Shown in pieces: positions 1-9,120 of a DNA stretch of 64,000 nt (positions within the stretch are counted from its first letter, which is position 1; each line of letters begins with the position of its first letter). The notes under the pieces are model-generated. The model did no database searches and was not told the DNA's origin. It saw only the letters and a list, made by a program, of their open reading frames with translations. The stretch is from the NCBI GenBank assembly GCA_020634245.1, contig JACKCC010000007.1, positions 484,555 to 548,554 of the forward strand, given 5' to 3'. This DNA is from Ardenticatenaceae bacterium. Lineage in GTDB: Bacteria > Chloroflexota > Anaerolineae > Promineifilales > Promineifilaceae. Both the position numbers and the translations under genes were made by a program.

Positions 1-1640
1 CCAGGCTCTCTACCAGATACGTCTGCCCCAAGTGCATGTAAATTGCCTCTTCATACAGCAGCAAGGGCACGCTCTCCAAATCAATCTCGCCGATAATTTC
101 CGGGGTCGAGCCGCTGGTGTCATGAATCAACACCGTCTCATCACTGCCGGTGCGCAAGGAGACACCGCCGGCCGGCACGCCTTCGCCCAAATAATGGTAC
201 TGCTGCCGGGTTTCGTGCAGCACACCGGCCTCCTCCATCAGTTCCAGCAGCGGATCGACCGGGCCAAAGCCGCCATACGCTTCCCCTTTTTGGAAGGGCA
301 GTTCGTAGGCGGCGCACTGCAAATGTTTGACCATGATGCGCTCATTGTCGGGATTGGTCAGCGCATGTTCCGGCGAGCGGCCGAACAGGTAGCGCGGATG
401 CTGGCAAATGTACTGGTCCAGCGGGCTGTTGCCGGCGATGAGCACCGCCGCCGATTGTTCGGCCCGACGCCCGGCGCGGCCCGCCTGCTGCCAGGTAGAA
501 GCAATCGAACCAGGATAACCGGCAATCACGGCCGCATCCAGTTCACCAATGTCAATGCCCAATTCCAGGGCATTGGTGGCCACGACGCCGCGCAGTTGGC
601 CAGTGCGTAAATTGTGCTCGATTTCGCGCCGTTCCAGGGGCAGGTAGCCGCCGCGATAGCCGGTAACGGCCGTATCCGCCCACCCTCTATACGCCAATTC
701 ATCCCGCAAATAAGTCAGCAGCAGTTCCACCGATTGGCGGGTTCGGGCAAAGAGGATGGTTTGCACATCTTCAGCCAGGAAGGTAACGGCCGTGTCCCGT
801 CCCGCAATCATCGTGCTGGCCCGCAGTCCCAACTCCTCGTCGATGATGGGCGGATTGTAGAGGATGAACTGTTTTTCGCCCGTTGGCGCGCCGTTTTGCG
901 ATTCGTCAATCAGGACAAACGGCGCTTCCACTAATCGTTCGGCATGTTCGCGTGGATTGGCAATCGTTGCTGAGGCACAAATAAACTGGGGATCGCTGCC
1001 GTAAAAGTGGCAGATTCGGCACAGCCGACGCAGCACGTTGGCGACGTGGCTGCCAAAAATGCCGCGATAAGCGTGGATTTCGTCCAGCACCACAAATTCT
1101 AGGTTGCTGAACAAATCGCGCCAGCCGGTGTGATAAGGCAAAATGCCGGCGTGCAGCATGTCGGGGTTGCTGATGAGGATACCGCCTGCCGCTCGCACTT
1201 TGCTGCGCTGGCCCCGCGGCGTATCGCCGTCGTAGCTGTTAACAGCAATGGGCAGGTTGCCGGCGGCGATGATGGCGTTGGTTTCGGCGGTCTGATCGTG
1301 GGACAGGGCTTTGGTGGGGAAAAGGTAGAGGGCGCGGGCGGACGGCCGTGCCAACAAACGCTGCAATACGGGTACGGTGTAACACAGGGACTTGCCCGAT
1401 GCGGTGGCGGTGGCGATGATGACGTTGTGGTGCTGGGCAACGGCCGTTATCGCGGCTGCCTGGTGCGTGAAAAACTGGTCAATGCCCCGACGGTGAAGCG
1501 CTAACTGAAATGAAGCGGGCAATATCACATCAGGCACGGCAAAAACTGCGGGACGCGAAGCAAATCGCTGCCAGGCAACCACCTGACGCACGAAATCCCG
1601 ATTTAACCGCAAATTATTGAGTGCAGCCGATATAGGCATG
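1..1640 (-). CDS. DEAD/DEAH-box (Lhr-like) ATP-dependent helicase, C-terminally truncated by the window edge
   Basis: Minus-strand translation from ATG at 1638-1640 gives MPISAALNNL... with Walker A TASGKS and a DEIH motif II. The plus-strand ORFs 32..610, 614..934 and 1130..1504 are antisense artefacts. Confidence 0.7.
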
Positions 1641-1714
1641 AGCCGATTATATCCATATTATTGACGGTCCGCTTTTGGAATGCAGTGTCGGTTTGTATTA
1701 CAGAGTTATCCAGA

Positions 1715-1760
1715 ATGTCATTCATATATTTATATTTTATAGTAGTCTATAGTAGGCCGT
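1715..1760. promoter_or_regulatory. AT-rich tract, a possible DNA-unwinding element within the oriC-like region
   Basis: About 85% AT over ~40 bp (ttcatatatttatattttatagtagtctatagtag) inside an otherwise GC-rich genome. Degenerate DnaA boxes lie nearby. Confidence 0.35.
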
Positions 1761-2007
1761 GTTGATATGTGGATACATTACTATGACCCCGTATATCTTC
1801 TACCGTGGCTCAGACCTACCCCATTTCTGGGGTGAGTTTTTTTACCGAACTCAGATAATCAGTGTGGATGATTTTGTTTGGTTCTGATTTACAAATAGGC
1901 AGCGTAAAACGGCCCTTTTTCTAGTACCCCCGTATATATGGGCGGTTATTACTCCGTTCCTATATCTGGTTCGGACCGGAACGGCCGTTCTGTTTTATCT
2001 GGCTGAA

Positions 2008-2057
2008 TTATCCACAAAATAGCCCTGTTTTCCACAAGAATAGGGCAGTTATCCACA
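2008..2057 (+). promoter_or_regulatory. Cluster of three phased DnaA boxes: TTATCCACA, TTTTCCACA, TTATCCACA
   Basis: Perfect 9-mers at 2008-2016 and 2049-2057 and a one-mismatch box at 2028-2036, all in the same orientation with 20-21 bp spacing. Further one-mismatch boxes occur at ~1705 (TTATCCAGA) and on the opposite strand at ~1762 (GTATCCACA) and ~1862 (TCATCCACA). Confidence 0.55.
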
Positions 2058-2355
2058 GATTTGACCGGTAAAAACAAAAAGACCGGCCTTCTCAAAGAAC
2101 CGGTCTTTTCGCCGTGACCCACATTTAGGGGAACACAGGTGTTGGCGGCATGTTGCCTCACGACCCATTTACGTTAAAATGAATCATGTTTGCGCATTGT
2201 AGCAGATGGAGTGATTAAGGGCAATGGCAATTCACTGTCTGTTGTTTGGGTGCGCGGAGTTTTTGGTGATGCTGGCGAGAGATTATAAAAGTCTGCCAGT
2301 CTGTTGTAATCTAGCCGGTCACAAAAGTTTCAGACACCCCGACAGATCAAACTGC

Positions 2356-2385
2356 TTGACAATCATAGTCTGAATTGACTAGAAT
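2356..2385 (+). promoter_or_regulatory. Sigma70-like promoter (TTGACA - 18 nt - TAGAAT) upstream of spoVS
   Basis: TTGACA at 2356-2361 and TAGAAT at 2380-2385. The downstream gene has a GGAGG RBS at 2452-2456. Confidence 0.4.
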
Positions 2386-2461
2386 TTGTTAGAAGGTGGT
2401 GGATTTCCCTATACTATGTCATGGGTTCCGATATCTAGGTGTCATTTACATGGAGGCCAAA

Positions 2462-2728
2462 ATGAATGTAATCAAAGTCTCAGCACGATCCCGCACAGCC
2501 GCCGTAGCCGGGGCTGTTGCAGGCGTGATGCGTGAGGCTCAACGGGCAGAAGTTCAGGCTATTGGAGCCGGAGCGGTCAATCAAGCCTTAAAAGCCATTA
2601 TTATTGCCAAGGGTTACCTTGCCGAGGAAGGCATTACCATTATGTGTGATCCTTCGTTTGTTGATGTGACTATTGATAGTCAAGACCGTACAGCTATTCG
2701 GGTAGTTGTGGAACCGCGTCCCCAATAG
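2462..2728 (+). CDS. spoVS: Stage V sporulation protein S family (SpoVS-like)
   Basis: MNVIKVSARSRTAAVAGAVAGVMREAQRAEVQAIGAGAVNQALKAIIIAKGYL... closely matches the SpoVS family pattern. GGAGG lies 5 nt upstream of the ATG. The track ORF 2396..2728 has in-frame upstream starts. Confidence 0.85.
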   Translation: MNVIKVSARSRTAAVAGAVAGVMREAQRAEVQAIGAGAVNQALKAIIIAKGYLAEEGITIMCDPSFVDVTIDSQDRTAIRVVVEPRPQ

Positions 2729-2747
2729 TATTTCCCGGTTTGTGTGA

Positions 2748-2776
2748 TGAAGGGCACGCTGGACGTGCCCTTTTTT
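2748..2776 (+). terminator. Rho-independent terminator
   Basis: GGGCACG-ctgga-CGTGCCC followed by TTTTTTT. Confidence 0.6.
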
Positions 2777-2796
2777 TATGGGAGAGTGCCATTTTG

Positions 2797-3516
2797 TTAA
2801 GCCCTCATGATTTTTTTGATTTGAGTGACACAGGTGTTGCCGATTTGTTTGCTGATTGTGAATTTGTGTGGCAAATGATTCCGCGCATTGCTGGGCATGT
2901 GGCCCGATTGGTTGGTGATGGGCAAACGATTTTGGGGCAGGTGATGGCCGGGGCATTTTTGAGTGATCGACCTATTTTTATTGGGAAAGGGGCGCGGATT
3001 GAGCCGGGGGCTTACGTTGAGGGACCGGCCTACATCGGCGCGGGAGCTGTGGTGCGGCATGGGGCGTTTGTGCGCGAAAATGTGGTTTTGCTGCCGGGGG
3101 CGATTTTGGGGCATGCCAGTGAGGCGAAAAACAGTTTGTTTTTGCCGAAGGCTACGGCACCTCATTTTAATTATGTGGGGGATTCTGTTTTAGGCCACCG
3201 GGTGAATTTGGGGGCGGGGACAAAGTTGAGTAATTTGGGGATGCTGAGTGAAAAGGATAAGGTGACGGGGAAACGGCCGTCTATCCTCTTAACTATCAGC
3301 GAAACCGATTACGATACCGGATTGGCCAAGCTGGGAGCAATTTTGGGTGACGGCGCCCAGACCGGCTGTAATTCCGTGCTTAATCCCGGCTGCCTGATTG
3401 GCCGGAACAGCCTTATCTATGCCAATACCAGCTTGCGTAAAGGCTATTACCCGCCCAATAGCATCATCAAACTGCGCCAAACCATCGAAATCGTGCCTAA
3501 CCGCTTTAACTCTTAG
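2797..3516 (+). CDS. Hexapeptide-repeat (left-handed beta-helix) acyltransferase, GlmU C-terminal-like
   Basis: Repeated [LIV]-G-x-x-x-x hexapeptides (IGAGAVVRHGAFVRENVVLLPGAILG..., VGDSVLGHRVNLGAGTKL...). The start is uncertain: TTG at 2797 or ATG at ~2876. Confidence 0.55.
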   Translation, partial: LSPHDFFDLSDTGVADLFADCEFVWQMIPRIAGHVARLVGDGQTILGQVMAGAFLSDRPIFIGKGARIEPGAYVEGPAYIGAGAVVRHGAFVRENVVLLPGAILGHASEAKNSLFLPKATAPHFNYVGDSVLGHRVNLGAGTKLSNLGMLSEKDKVTGKRPSILLTISETDYDTGLAKLGAILGDGAQTGCNSVLNPGCLIGRNSLIYANTSLRKGYYPPNSIIKLRQTIEIVPNRFNS

Positions 3517-3534
3517 CGATGAACTGATTCGTGA

Positions 3535-4695
3535 CTATCGACTGCCTCGTTTCCCTATGCGGCGTAGTTCCGTAGACGAAATATCTTTGCGGAACTGCGT
3601 ATCGGGGATGCCCAGGAAGATGTCGCGGAACTGGGAAGGAATGGCCAGGTCGGTTAAATGGCGGAAGGTGTTGGTATTATCTACCCGCCCGGCTACCAGG
3701 AAGCGGCAGCCGAGATGCCGAATTTCGGTTAGAGCGGCCAGCATATTTTCGTGGTTGTTTTGGTAGTATCGCGGATGTAGAATGCGTTCGGCCGTGTCGT
3801 AGCCGACGATGAAGGTAGCGCCGGGGTACAACCGGGCTTTTTCGATGAAAGTTGGGGCGGAACTGACTAAAATTGGCCAGCGCCCGGCAAATTGGGAAAT
3901 GCGTTCCAGGATGTCACCGGTGGGCAGGGACGGTTTGTCGGCATTGACGGCAGCCAGTTCAAAAGCCACTGCCGTACCTAAAATAGCTCTCGCCGCCTTA
4001 ACCATTTTTAAGTGGCCATCATGCAGCGGATTGAAAGCGCCGCTGAGGATGGCGCGCGGGGTGATGTTGGTGGTTTGAATACGGCCGTTATCCTCCACAC
4101 AAAAACAATTAATCTCCCGACGATGAAGCTGGTGGGTGACCCCGGCAAAATCGCGCGTTTCTTTGATCAGTTGGTCGCCAGGCAAGAGAGGAATTTCTAG
4201 CTGGTAGGGAACATTAGCGGCCTGAGCCAGGCTGTTGAGCATGACCCGGCTAACCAGACCCTCTTCTCCGGCCCGGTCCCGGACACCTTTTTGTATGTGC
4301 AGGGCCGACCAGACCAGTCGTTCTTTTTGCCAGGTGGCAATGTAAGCGCGATGTTCGCCCCGCTTGGGCCGGTCGGTCACGATGGTGGCTGTACAGGCTA
4401 GGCCGATAACCGGATTATGGTCATTTTCGGCTTCCAGCCAGCGAGCGCGGGTAAAGGCACGCCCGGCCAGCAGGCGAACGGTGGCCGGAGAAACATATTG
4501 GTCCGGGGTTTGTCCCAGGAATTCGTCAAAGGCCGGTGTGCTGTAGGGAATGATGGCTTCCAGCAGGGTGCGGCTGGCTCCGGCCACGCCGAGTAAATCG
4601 GACAAGGCCTGCGTGCCGGCACCGGCGGCGACCAGCATGGTTCGGTAGGGACTGTCGTGGATGGCCTGTACTAATTGGCGAACATTATCTTCCAT
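3535..4695 (-). CDS. Two-domain protein: N-terminal CinA-C/PncC-like domain and C-terminal NadD/NMNAT-like nucleotidyltransferase
   Basis: The C-terminal half carries the G-x-F-N-P-x-H-x-G-H motif (GAFNPLHDGH) of nicotinate/nicotinamide mononucleotide adenylyltransferases. The N-terminal half (MLVAAGAGTQALSDLLGVAGASRTLLEAIIPYSTPAFDEFLG) weakly resembles the CinA C-terminal NMN-deamidase fold. An alternative GTG start lies at 4722. Confidence 0.6.
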   Translation of the reverse strand: MEDNVRQLVQAIHDSPYRTMLVAAGAGTQALSDLLGVAGASRTLLEAIIPYSTPAFDEFLGQTPDQYVSPATVRLLAGRAFTRARWLEAENDHNPVIGLACTATIVTDRPKRGEHRAYIATWQKERLVWSALHIQKGVRDRAGEEGLVSRVMLNSLAQAANVPYQLEIPLLPGDQLIKETRDFAGVTHQLHRREINCFCVEDNGRIQTTNITPRAILSGAFNPLHDGHLKMVKAARAILGTAVAFELAAVNADKPSLPTGDILERISQFAGRWPILVSSAPTFIEKARLYPGATFIVGYDTAERILHPRYYQNNHENMLAALTEIRHLGCRFLVAGRVDNTNTFRHLTDLAIPSQFRDIFLGIPDTQFRKDISSTELRRIGKRGSR

Positions 4696-4861
4696 AGCGA
4701 GCAAATTGTAGCAGGTTGGCACTTGATGACTACTGGAACGACAGTGTGAACAATTGTTCAGTGCGGCGTTCTGGTGACTTCTCTCTGGTAAAATTGCCTG
4801 TTGGCGCTAAATGATGATAATTAAGGGGACAATTGTTCAATCCTGTTTGTGCATCATAGTT

Positions 4862-6898
4862 ATGGCTGAAGATAAAGACCCGGCTCCCAGATTTCGTATA
4901 AAGAACGGCCGTATATTAGTTTGGCTGCTAATCGTTTTGATAGATTTGCTGGTTGCCCAGTGGTGGCTCTGGCATGCGGTTACCCAGTCGCCGTTTGATT
5001 CACCGCCCTGGTTGGCGGTACTTTTGCTGGGTGTGGCGGTTCTGGCGTTGTTTGCCGGGCTGTCCGCTCGTATGCATCGCGATGTTGAATCTGCCGGTGT
5101 GGAATTGTCTTTGCGTTGGCTGGATTGGATACGGCCGTACGGCCGTTGGTTGGCTTTAATTGGGGCAATTGTGGCCATCACGATTGTTTTGCGCCGTATT
5201 CCACATTTAGCAGAGGATTCGAGTTATACGGCCGTATTCTGGCTCTGGCTGCTGGCGATCCTGTTTTATTTTGGCGCGGTTGTTCCCCGCTCAGAATGGC
5301 AGTGGCCGCGGCCAGACTGGCTTCAAAAGCGTGATGGCTGGTTTTGGGGAGTCGTGGTCTTTGTGGGGATAACACTGCTGCTGCGTGTCTGGCAAATTGG
5401 CACGATCCCCTTCACGCTCAGCGGTGATGAAGGTTCGCAGGGACTGGAAGCAATCGAGGTCATTAATGGCAGCTTGCGTAATCCGTTCACAACCGGGTGG
5501 CTGGGCGTGCCCACGATGAGCTTTTTCTTCAATGCCATCTCGATACGGTTGTTGGGCCGGACGATTGTCGGCCTGCGGCTGCCCTGGGCTTTGGTGGGCA
5601 CGGCGACGGTGGTGGTAGTTTATTTTTTGGTTAAACGGATTGGCGGCCGCCGATTGGGGATGGTAACGGCCGTACTGCTGGCCACTTATCACTATCACAT
5701 CCATTACTCACGCTTGGGTTCAAATCAAATCGCCGATCCGTTGTTCCTGGCACTGGCCATGCTGCTTCTGATGCGCGCCCGCGATGGGCATAAGCGGCTG
5801 GATTGGGCTTTGCTGGGAGCTGTTAATGGGTTGGCCTTTTATTTTTATGCTGGAGCGCGATTGACGCCGGTGGTGGTAACGGCAGCGCTCGGTTATTGGT
5901 TTGTCCTCAATCCAAAAAAGTTCTGGCGGGAACACGGCGGCGGGATTCTGGTGGCTGTGTGGGCCTTTTTGCTGACGGCTGCGCCCATGATCCAATACGC
6001 AGTCCGTTTTCCCAACGATTTTAATGCCCGGCTCAATCAAGTGGGCATTATTCAAAGCGGCTGGTTGGAACGTGAAGTCGAAATCCGCGGTGAAAGTCAG
6101 GCCAGCATTCTGTTCGATCAATTTCAGCGGGCGGCGCTGGCCTTCAACTATTACGCCGATCGGACGGTTTGGTATGGCCTTAGTAAACCGCTCCTCGATC
6201 CATTTTTTGGCGGATTATTCCTATTGGGCCTGCTTTACGGTACTCTTCGGTTGCTGACGCCCAAGGCTGGCCATCGGCTGGCGCCAATGGTTGCCTGGTG
6301 GTGGGGCGGCATGATTTTGGGCGGAATGCTCACCGAAAGCCCGCCCTCCAGCCAGCGCTTGATCACCCTGGCTGTGCCTACCTGTTTTTTCCTGGCATTT
6401 GCCTTGACGGATTTGCTTAAATTGGCCAGGCAGGCGGTCGGCCGTATTCCAGAGAAAGTGGTACTGGCTGTTGTTTTATTCATTTTTGCGTTCACCAGTT
6501 TGAAAACGTACTTTGTAGATTATACATCTTTGCGGGTTTACGGCGGGCAAAATGCGGAAATGGCAACCCAAATTGCACCGCTGTTGAATGAATTGAAGTA
6601 CGATCACGAATTCAAATTTGTTGGCGCGCCCTGGATGTATTGGGGGTTTGCCACACTGCCATACCTGGTGCCTGATGCTGTAGCTGGTGACATCATCGAT
6701 CTGCTGGTCGAACCCGTTTCCTTTGACGTACCGACGGCCGATAAAGGAGTGGTGTTTATTGTAATGCCACAGCGCCAGGAAGAACTGGATTATCTGATTG
6801 AACCGGCTTTGCCCAATGGCACACGTCGTGAAATCTACTCACCCATTGACGGCCGTCTCATAGTCACGCTTTACGAAATCCCCCGCTTGCAGCGTTAA
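4862..6898 (+). CDS. GT-C fold glycosyltransferase, family 39 / ArnT-like polytopic membrane protein
   Basis: Many TM helices and a GTIPFTLSGDEGSQGLEAIEV motif typical of ArnT/PMT-type GT-C enzymes. An alternative start lies at 4811. Confidence 0.65.
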   Translation: MAEDKDPAPRFRIKNGRILVWLLIVLIDLLVAQWWLWHAVTQSPFDSPPWLAVLLLGVAVLALFAGLSARMHRDVESAGVELSLRWLDWIRPYGRWLALIGAIVAITIVLRRIPHLAEDSSYTAVFWLWLLAILFYFGAVVPRSEWQWPRPDWLQKRDGWFWGVVVFVGITLLLRVWQIGTIPFTLSGDEGSQGLEAIEVINGSLRNPFTTGWLGVPTMSFFFNAISIRLLGRTIVGLRLPWALVGTATVVVVYFLVKRIGGRRLGMVTAVLLATYHYHIHYSRLGSNQIADPLFLALAMLLLMRARDGHKRLDWALLGAVNGLAFYFYAGARLTPVVVTAALGYWFVLNPKKFWREHGGGILVAVWAFLLTAAPMIQYAVRFPNDFNARLNQVGIIQSGWLEREVEIRGESQASILFDQFQRAALAFNYYADRTVWYGLSKPLLDPFFGGLFLLGLLYGTLRLLTPKAGHRLAPMVAWWWGGMILGGMLTESPPSSQRLITLAVPTCFFLAFALTDLLKLARQAVGRIPEKVVLAVVLFIFAFTSLKTYFVDYTSLRVYGGQNAEMATQIAPLLNELKYDHEFKFVGAPWMYWGFATLPYLVPDAVAGDIIDLLVEPVSFDVPTADKGVVFIVMPQRQEELDYLIEPALPNGTRREIYSPIDGRLIVTLYEIPRLQR

Positions 6899-6901
6899 GC
6901 C

Positions 6902-7855
6902 TCAGCCATTCATATCTGGTGGGCGGCGCAGTTCGCTTTTGAACATGGGGCTGCTCTTGCTCGTCCAATCCCCGTCACTTGCGTCACTTTCCAGGTAATC
7001 GAAGTAGCCCTGGACACGGCTGTCCAGCAGGTCGATTTGGTGCAGTAAGATGGCTTCTAGGGTTTTAGGTGTTACCGGCGAACCGTATTCCAGCGTGCCG
7101 TGGTGGGAAACAATGATGTGAACGATTTCGCGGGTTTGTTCAGGAGTGAGGGTGACTAGTTCGGCAGCGGCCGTTTCCACCATTGTGACCGCGCGAACAA
7201 TATGGCCGACTAAACGGCCGTCATCTGAAAAAGCAAACTCCCCTTCAATCGAATACTCATGCACTTTGCCCATGTCGTGCAGCAGCGCTCCGGCAATGAG
7301 CAGGCTTCGGTTGACATAAGAATAATGTTCCGACATATAATCGGCCATGGTAGCCATGCTTAACGTATGCTCCAGTAAACCACCAATGTAGGCGTGATGC
7401 ATTGAGCGTGCCGCCGGTGAATTGGAAAATTTGGGTAGAAAATCTTCGTTTAACAGCAAGTGACTACACAAAGTGCGCCACGGTTCCTGCAAACTTTTAA
7501 TCTGCTGTTCCAATTCTTTGACCATTTCTTCCTGAGGGCGGCGACTGGAAGAAAGGAAATCACTCATATCAGGATTAGCCGCCGGATTGAGATCGGTGAC
7601 AGTCACTTGCAGCGAATCCTTGTAACTGACAACACGGCCGGTCACCAGAGCAACAGCGCCATCCTTGGCCCAACCATCAACATAATCCGGCACACTCCAG
7701 AAGACAGCATTCACCTGTCCCTTTTTATCTTGCAGCAAAAAGAGTAAATAGGGACGGCCGTCTTTTGTGGTGCGACGAGCGACACCTTGCAGCAAAAATG
7801 GTTCATTGTCCAGTTCGTCGCCTACCTGAAGGTGAGAAGTAAAGATTGATTTCAC
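6902..7855 (-). CDS. yhaM: 3'-5' exoribonuclease YhaM-like (OB-fold plus HD domain)
   Basis: N-terminal OB-fold region followed by HD motifs (HHAYIGGLLEHTL ... LLHDMGK ... VSHHG). Confidence 0.75.
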   Translation of the reverse strand: MKSIFTSHLQVGDELDNEPFLLQGVARRTTKDGRPYLLFLLQDKKGQVNAVFWSVPDYVDGWAKDGAVALVTGRVVSYKDSLQVTVTDLNPAANPDMSDFLSSSRRPQEEMVKELEQQIKSLQEPWRTLCSHLLLNEDFLPKFSNSPAARSMHHAYIGGLLEHTLSMATMADYMSEHYSYVNRSLLIAGALLHDMGKVHEYSIEGEFAFSDDGRLVGHIVRAVTMVETAAAELVTLTPEQTREIVHIIVSHHGTLEYGSPVTPKTLEAILLHQIDLLDSRVQGYFDYLESDASDGDWTSKSSPMFKSELRRPPDMNG

Positions 7856-7975
7856 GATAACTCCTTATTAGCTTGTCGGCCGGTCAGCTTGTCAGCAAGC
7901 AGATGAAATGCTGAGTTGTTATTCGATTGTAAACTCATTTGGGCTTTTGAGCTACATAGCCTAAAATCGATACTC

Positions 7976-8563
7976 ATGAAACGATTGATTGTAGGTATTT
8001 CCGGTGCCAGCGGCGTGATTTATGGCATTCGCATGTTGGAAGTGCTGCGTGACGTGCCCGATGTAGAGACGCATCTGATCATCAGTCCGGCCGCCAGCAC
8101 CACCATTGGATTAGAAACAGATTATGCACCTGAAGCGGTGATGGCCCTTGCTGACGTGGCGTATCGGTTTAAGGATATTGCCGCGGCCGTTTCCTCTGGC
8201 TCCTTCAAGACAGAAGGCATGGTCGTCATTCCTTGCTCAATGAAAACTCTGGCCGGCATTGCTAATTCATTCAGCGACAATCTACTGCTGCGCGCGGCCG
8301 ATGTCGTCTTGAAGGAGCGGCGGCGCTTGGTGCTGGTCGCCCGCGAGACGCCACTGCATTTAGGCCATTTGCGGTTGATGACGCAGATCACTGAAATGGG
8401 CGCTATTGTTGCCCCGCCGGTTCCGGCCTTTTACCACAAGCCACAATCGTTGACTGACATCGTTGATCAGACGGTGAACCGGGTGCTGGATTTGATGCAA
8501 ATTGATCTGCCAGCAGATTTGTTTACCCGCTGGCAAGGCGGTAAAGCGAGCCTTGATTCCTGA
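7976..8563 (+). CDS. ubiX: Flavin prenyltransferase UbiX
   Basis: MKRLIVGISGASGVIYGIRMLEVL... is a flavoprotein fold of the UbiX/Pad1 family. The ATG is at 7976. Confidence 0.85.
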   Translation: MKRLIVGISGASGVIYGIRMLEVLRDVPDVETHLIISPAASTTIGLETDYAPEAVMALADVAYRFKDIAAAVSSGSFKTEGMVVIPCSMKTLAGIANSFSDNLLLRAADVVLKERRRLVLVARETPLHLGHLRLMTQITEMGAIVAPPVPAFYHKPQSLTDIVDQTVNRVLDLMQIDLPADLFTRWQGGKASLDS

Positions 8564-9005
8564 TCCACGACAATCGGCGCTGGCGTATTTGCAGCAGCAT
8601 CGGGTGATGTCTCTGGCCACCAGTGACCCGGATGGCGTGTGGACGGCGGCCGTTTTTTACGTGAATGACGGGTTTGATTTATATTTTCTCTCGGCCGGGC
8701 ACACCCGCCATGCTCGCGGGATTGCCTTTGAGCCACGTATTGCGGCAACCATTCAAGAGGATTATGCTGATTGGAAGATGATTCAGGGAATTCAACTGGC
8801 GGGCGTTGCCACCCAATTGTTTGGAGCAGAGCGGTTAAAAGCCATAGCCCTGTATCGATCCAAGTTTACGTTTTTGGCACAGGCAACGGCCGTTATCCAG
8901 GCGGCATTCGAAAAAGTGAACTGGTATCGGTTACGGCCGTATCAACTCTATTTTGTCGATAATTCCCGGGGGTTTGGTCATCGCGATGAGATCGAATTGG
9001 ATTGA
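8553..9005 (+). CDS. Pyridoxamine 5'-phosphate oxidase-like FMN-binding split-barrel protein
   Basis: VMSLATSDPDGVWTAAVFYVNDGFDLYFLS... is a PNPOx-like fold. Start: TTG at 8553 overlapping the ubiX stop, or ATG at 8606. Confidence 0.55.
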   Translation: MIPDPRQSALAYLQQHRVMSLATSDPDGVWTAAVFYVNDGFDLYFLSAGHTRHARGIAFEPRIAATIQEDYADWKMIQGIQLAGVATQLFGAERLKAIALYRSKFTFLAQATAVIQAAFEKVNWYRLRPYQLYFVDNSRGFGHRDEIELD

Positions 9006-9018
9006 CTGCGGGGGTTTA

Positions 9019-9105
9019 TGTGACAGCCACTTTTCCCAGGTATGATGACAGAATCCATGCTATTTTTAAGTGACTGTCACCTCTGGGGCTGACCGGTTAC
9101 GATTA
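9019..9105. repeat. Copy A of an ~85-bp GTGACAGTCAC-type structured repeat
   Basis: gtgacagccacttttcccaggt...aagtgactgtcacctctgggg. Related copies lie at 34694-34785 and, inverted, at 20821-20890. Confidence 0.6.
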
Positions 9106-9120
9106 ATCTTTTGGGGAGCC

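Noticed and set aside
32-1504. Plus-strand ORFs 32..610, 614..934 and 1130..1504
   Set aside because: They are antisense to a continuous minus-strand helicase reading frame with clear Walker A and DEIH motifs. Their products are low-complexity and Arg/Ala/Gly-rich, typical of GC-rich antisense frames.
2071-2110. Hairpin GACCGG...CCGGTC followed by TTTT, considered as terminator of a plus-strand gene
   Set aside because: No plus-strand CDS lies upstream of it. It is retained only as part of the oriC-like region description, as a possible small-RNA terminator, and not listed as a standalone terminator feature.
8502-8552. Upstream extension of the PNPOx-like ORF into ubiX (MICQQICLPAGK...)
   Set aside because: It overlaps the ubiX coding frame by ~60 nt with no RBS. 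The TTG at 8553 or the ATG at 8606 are more plausible starts.
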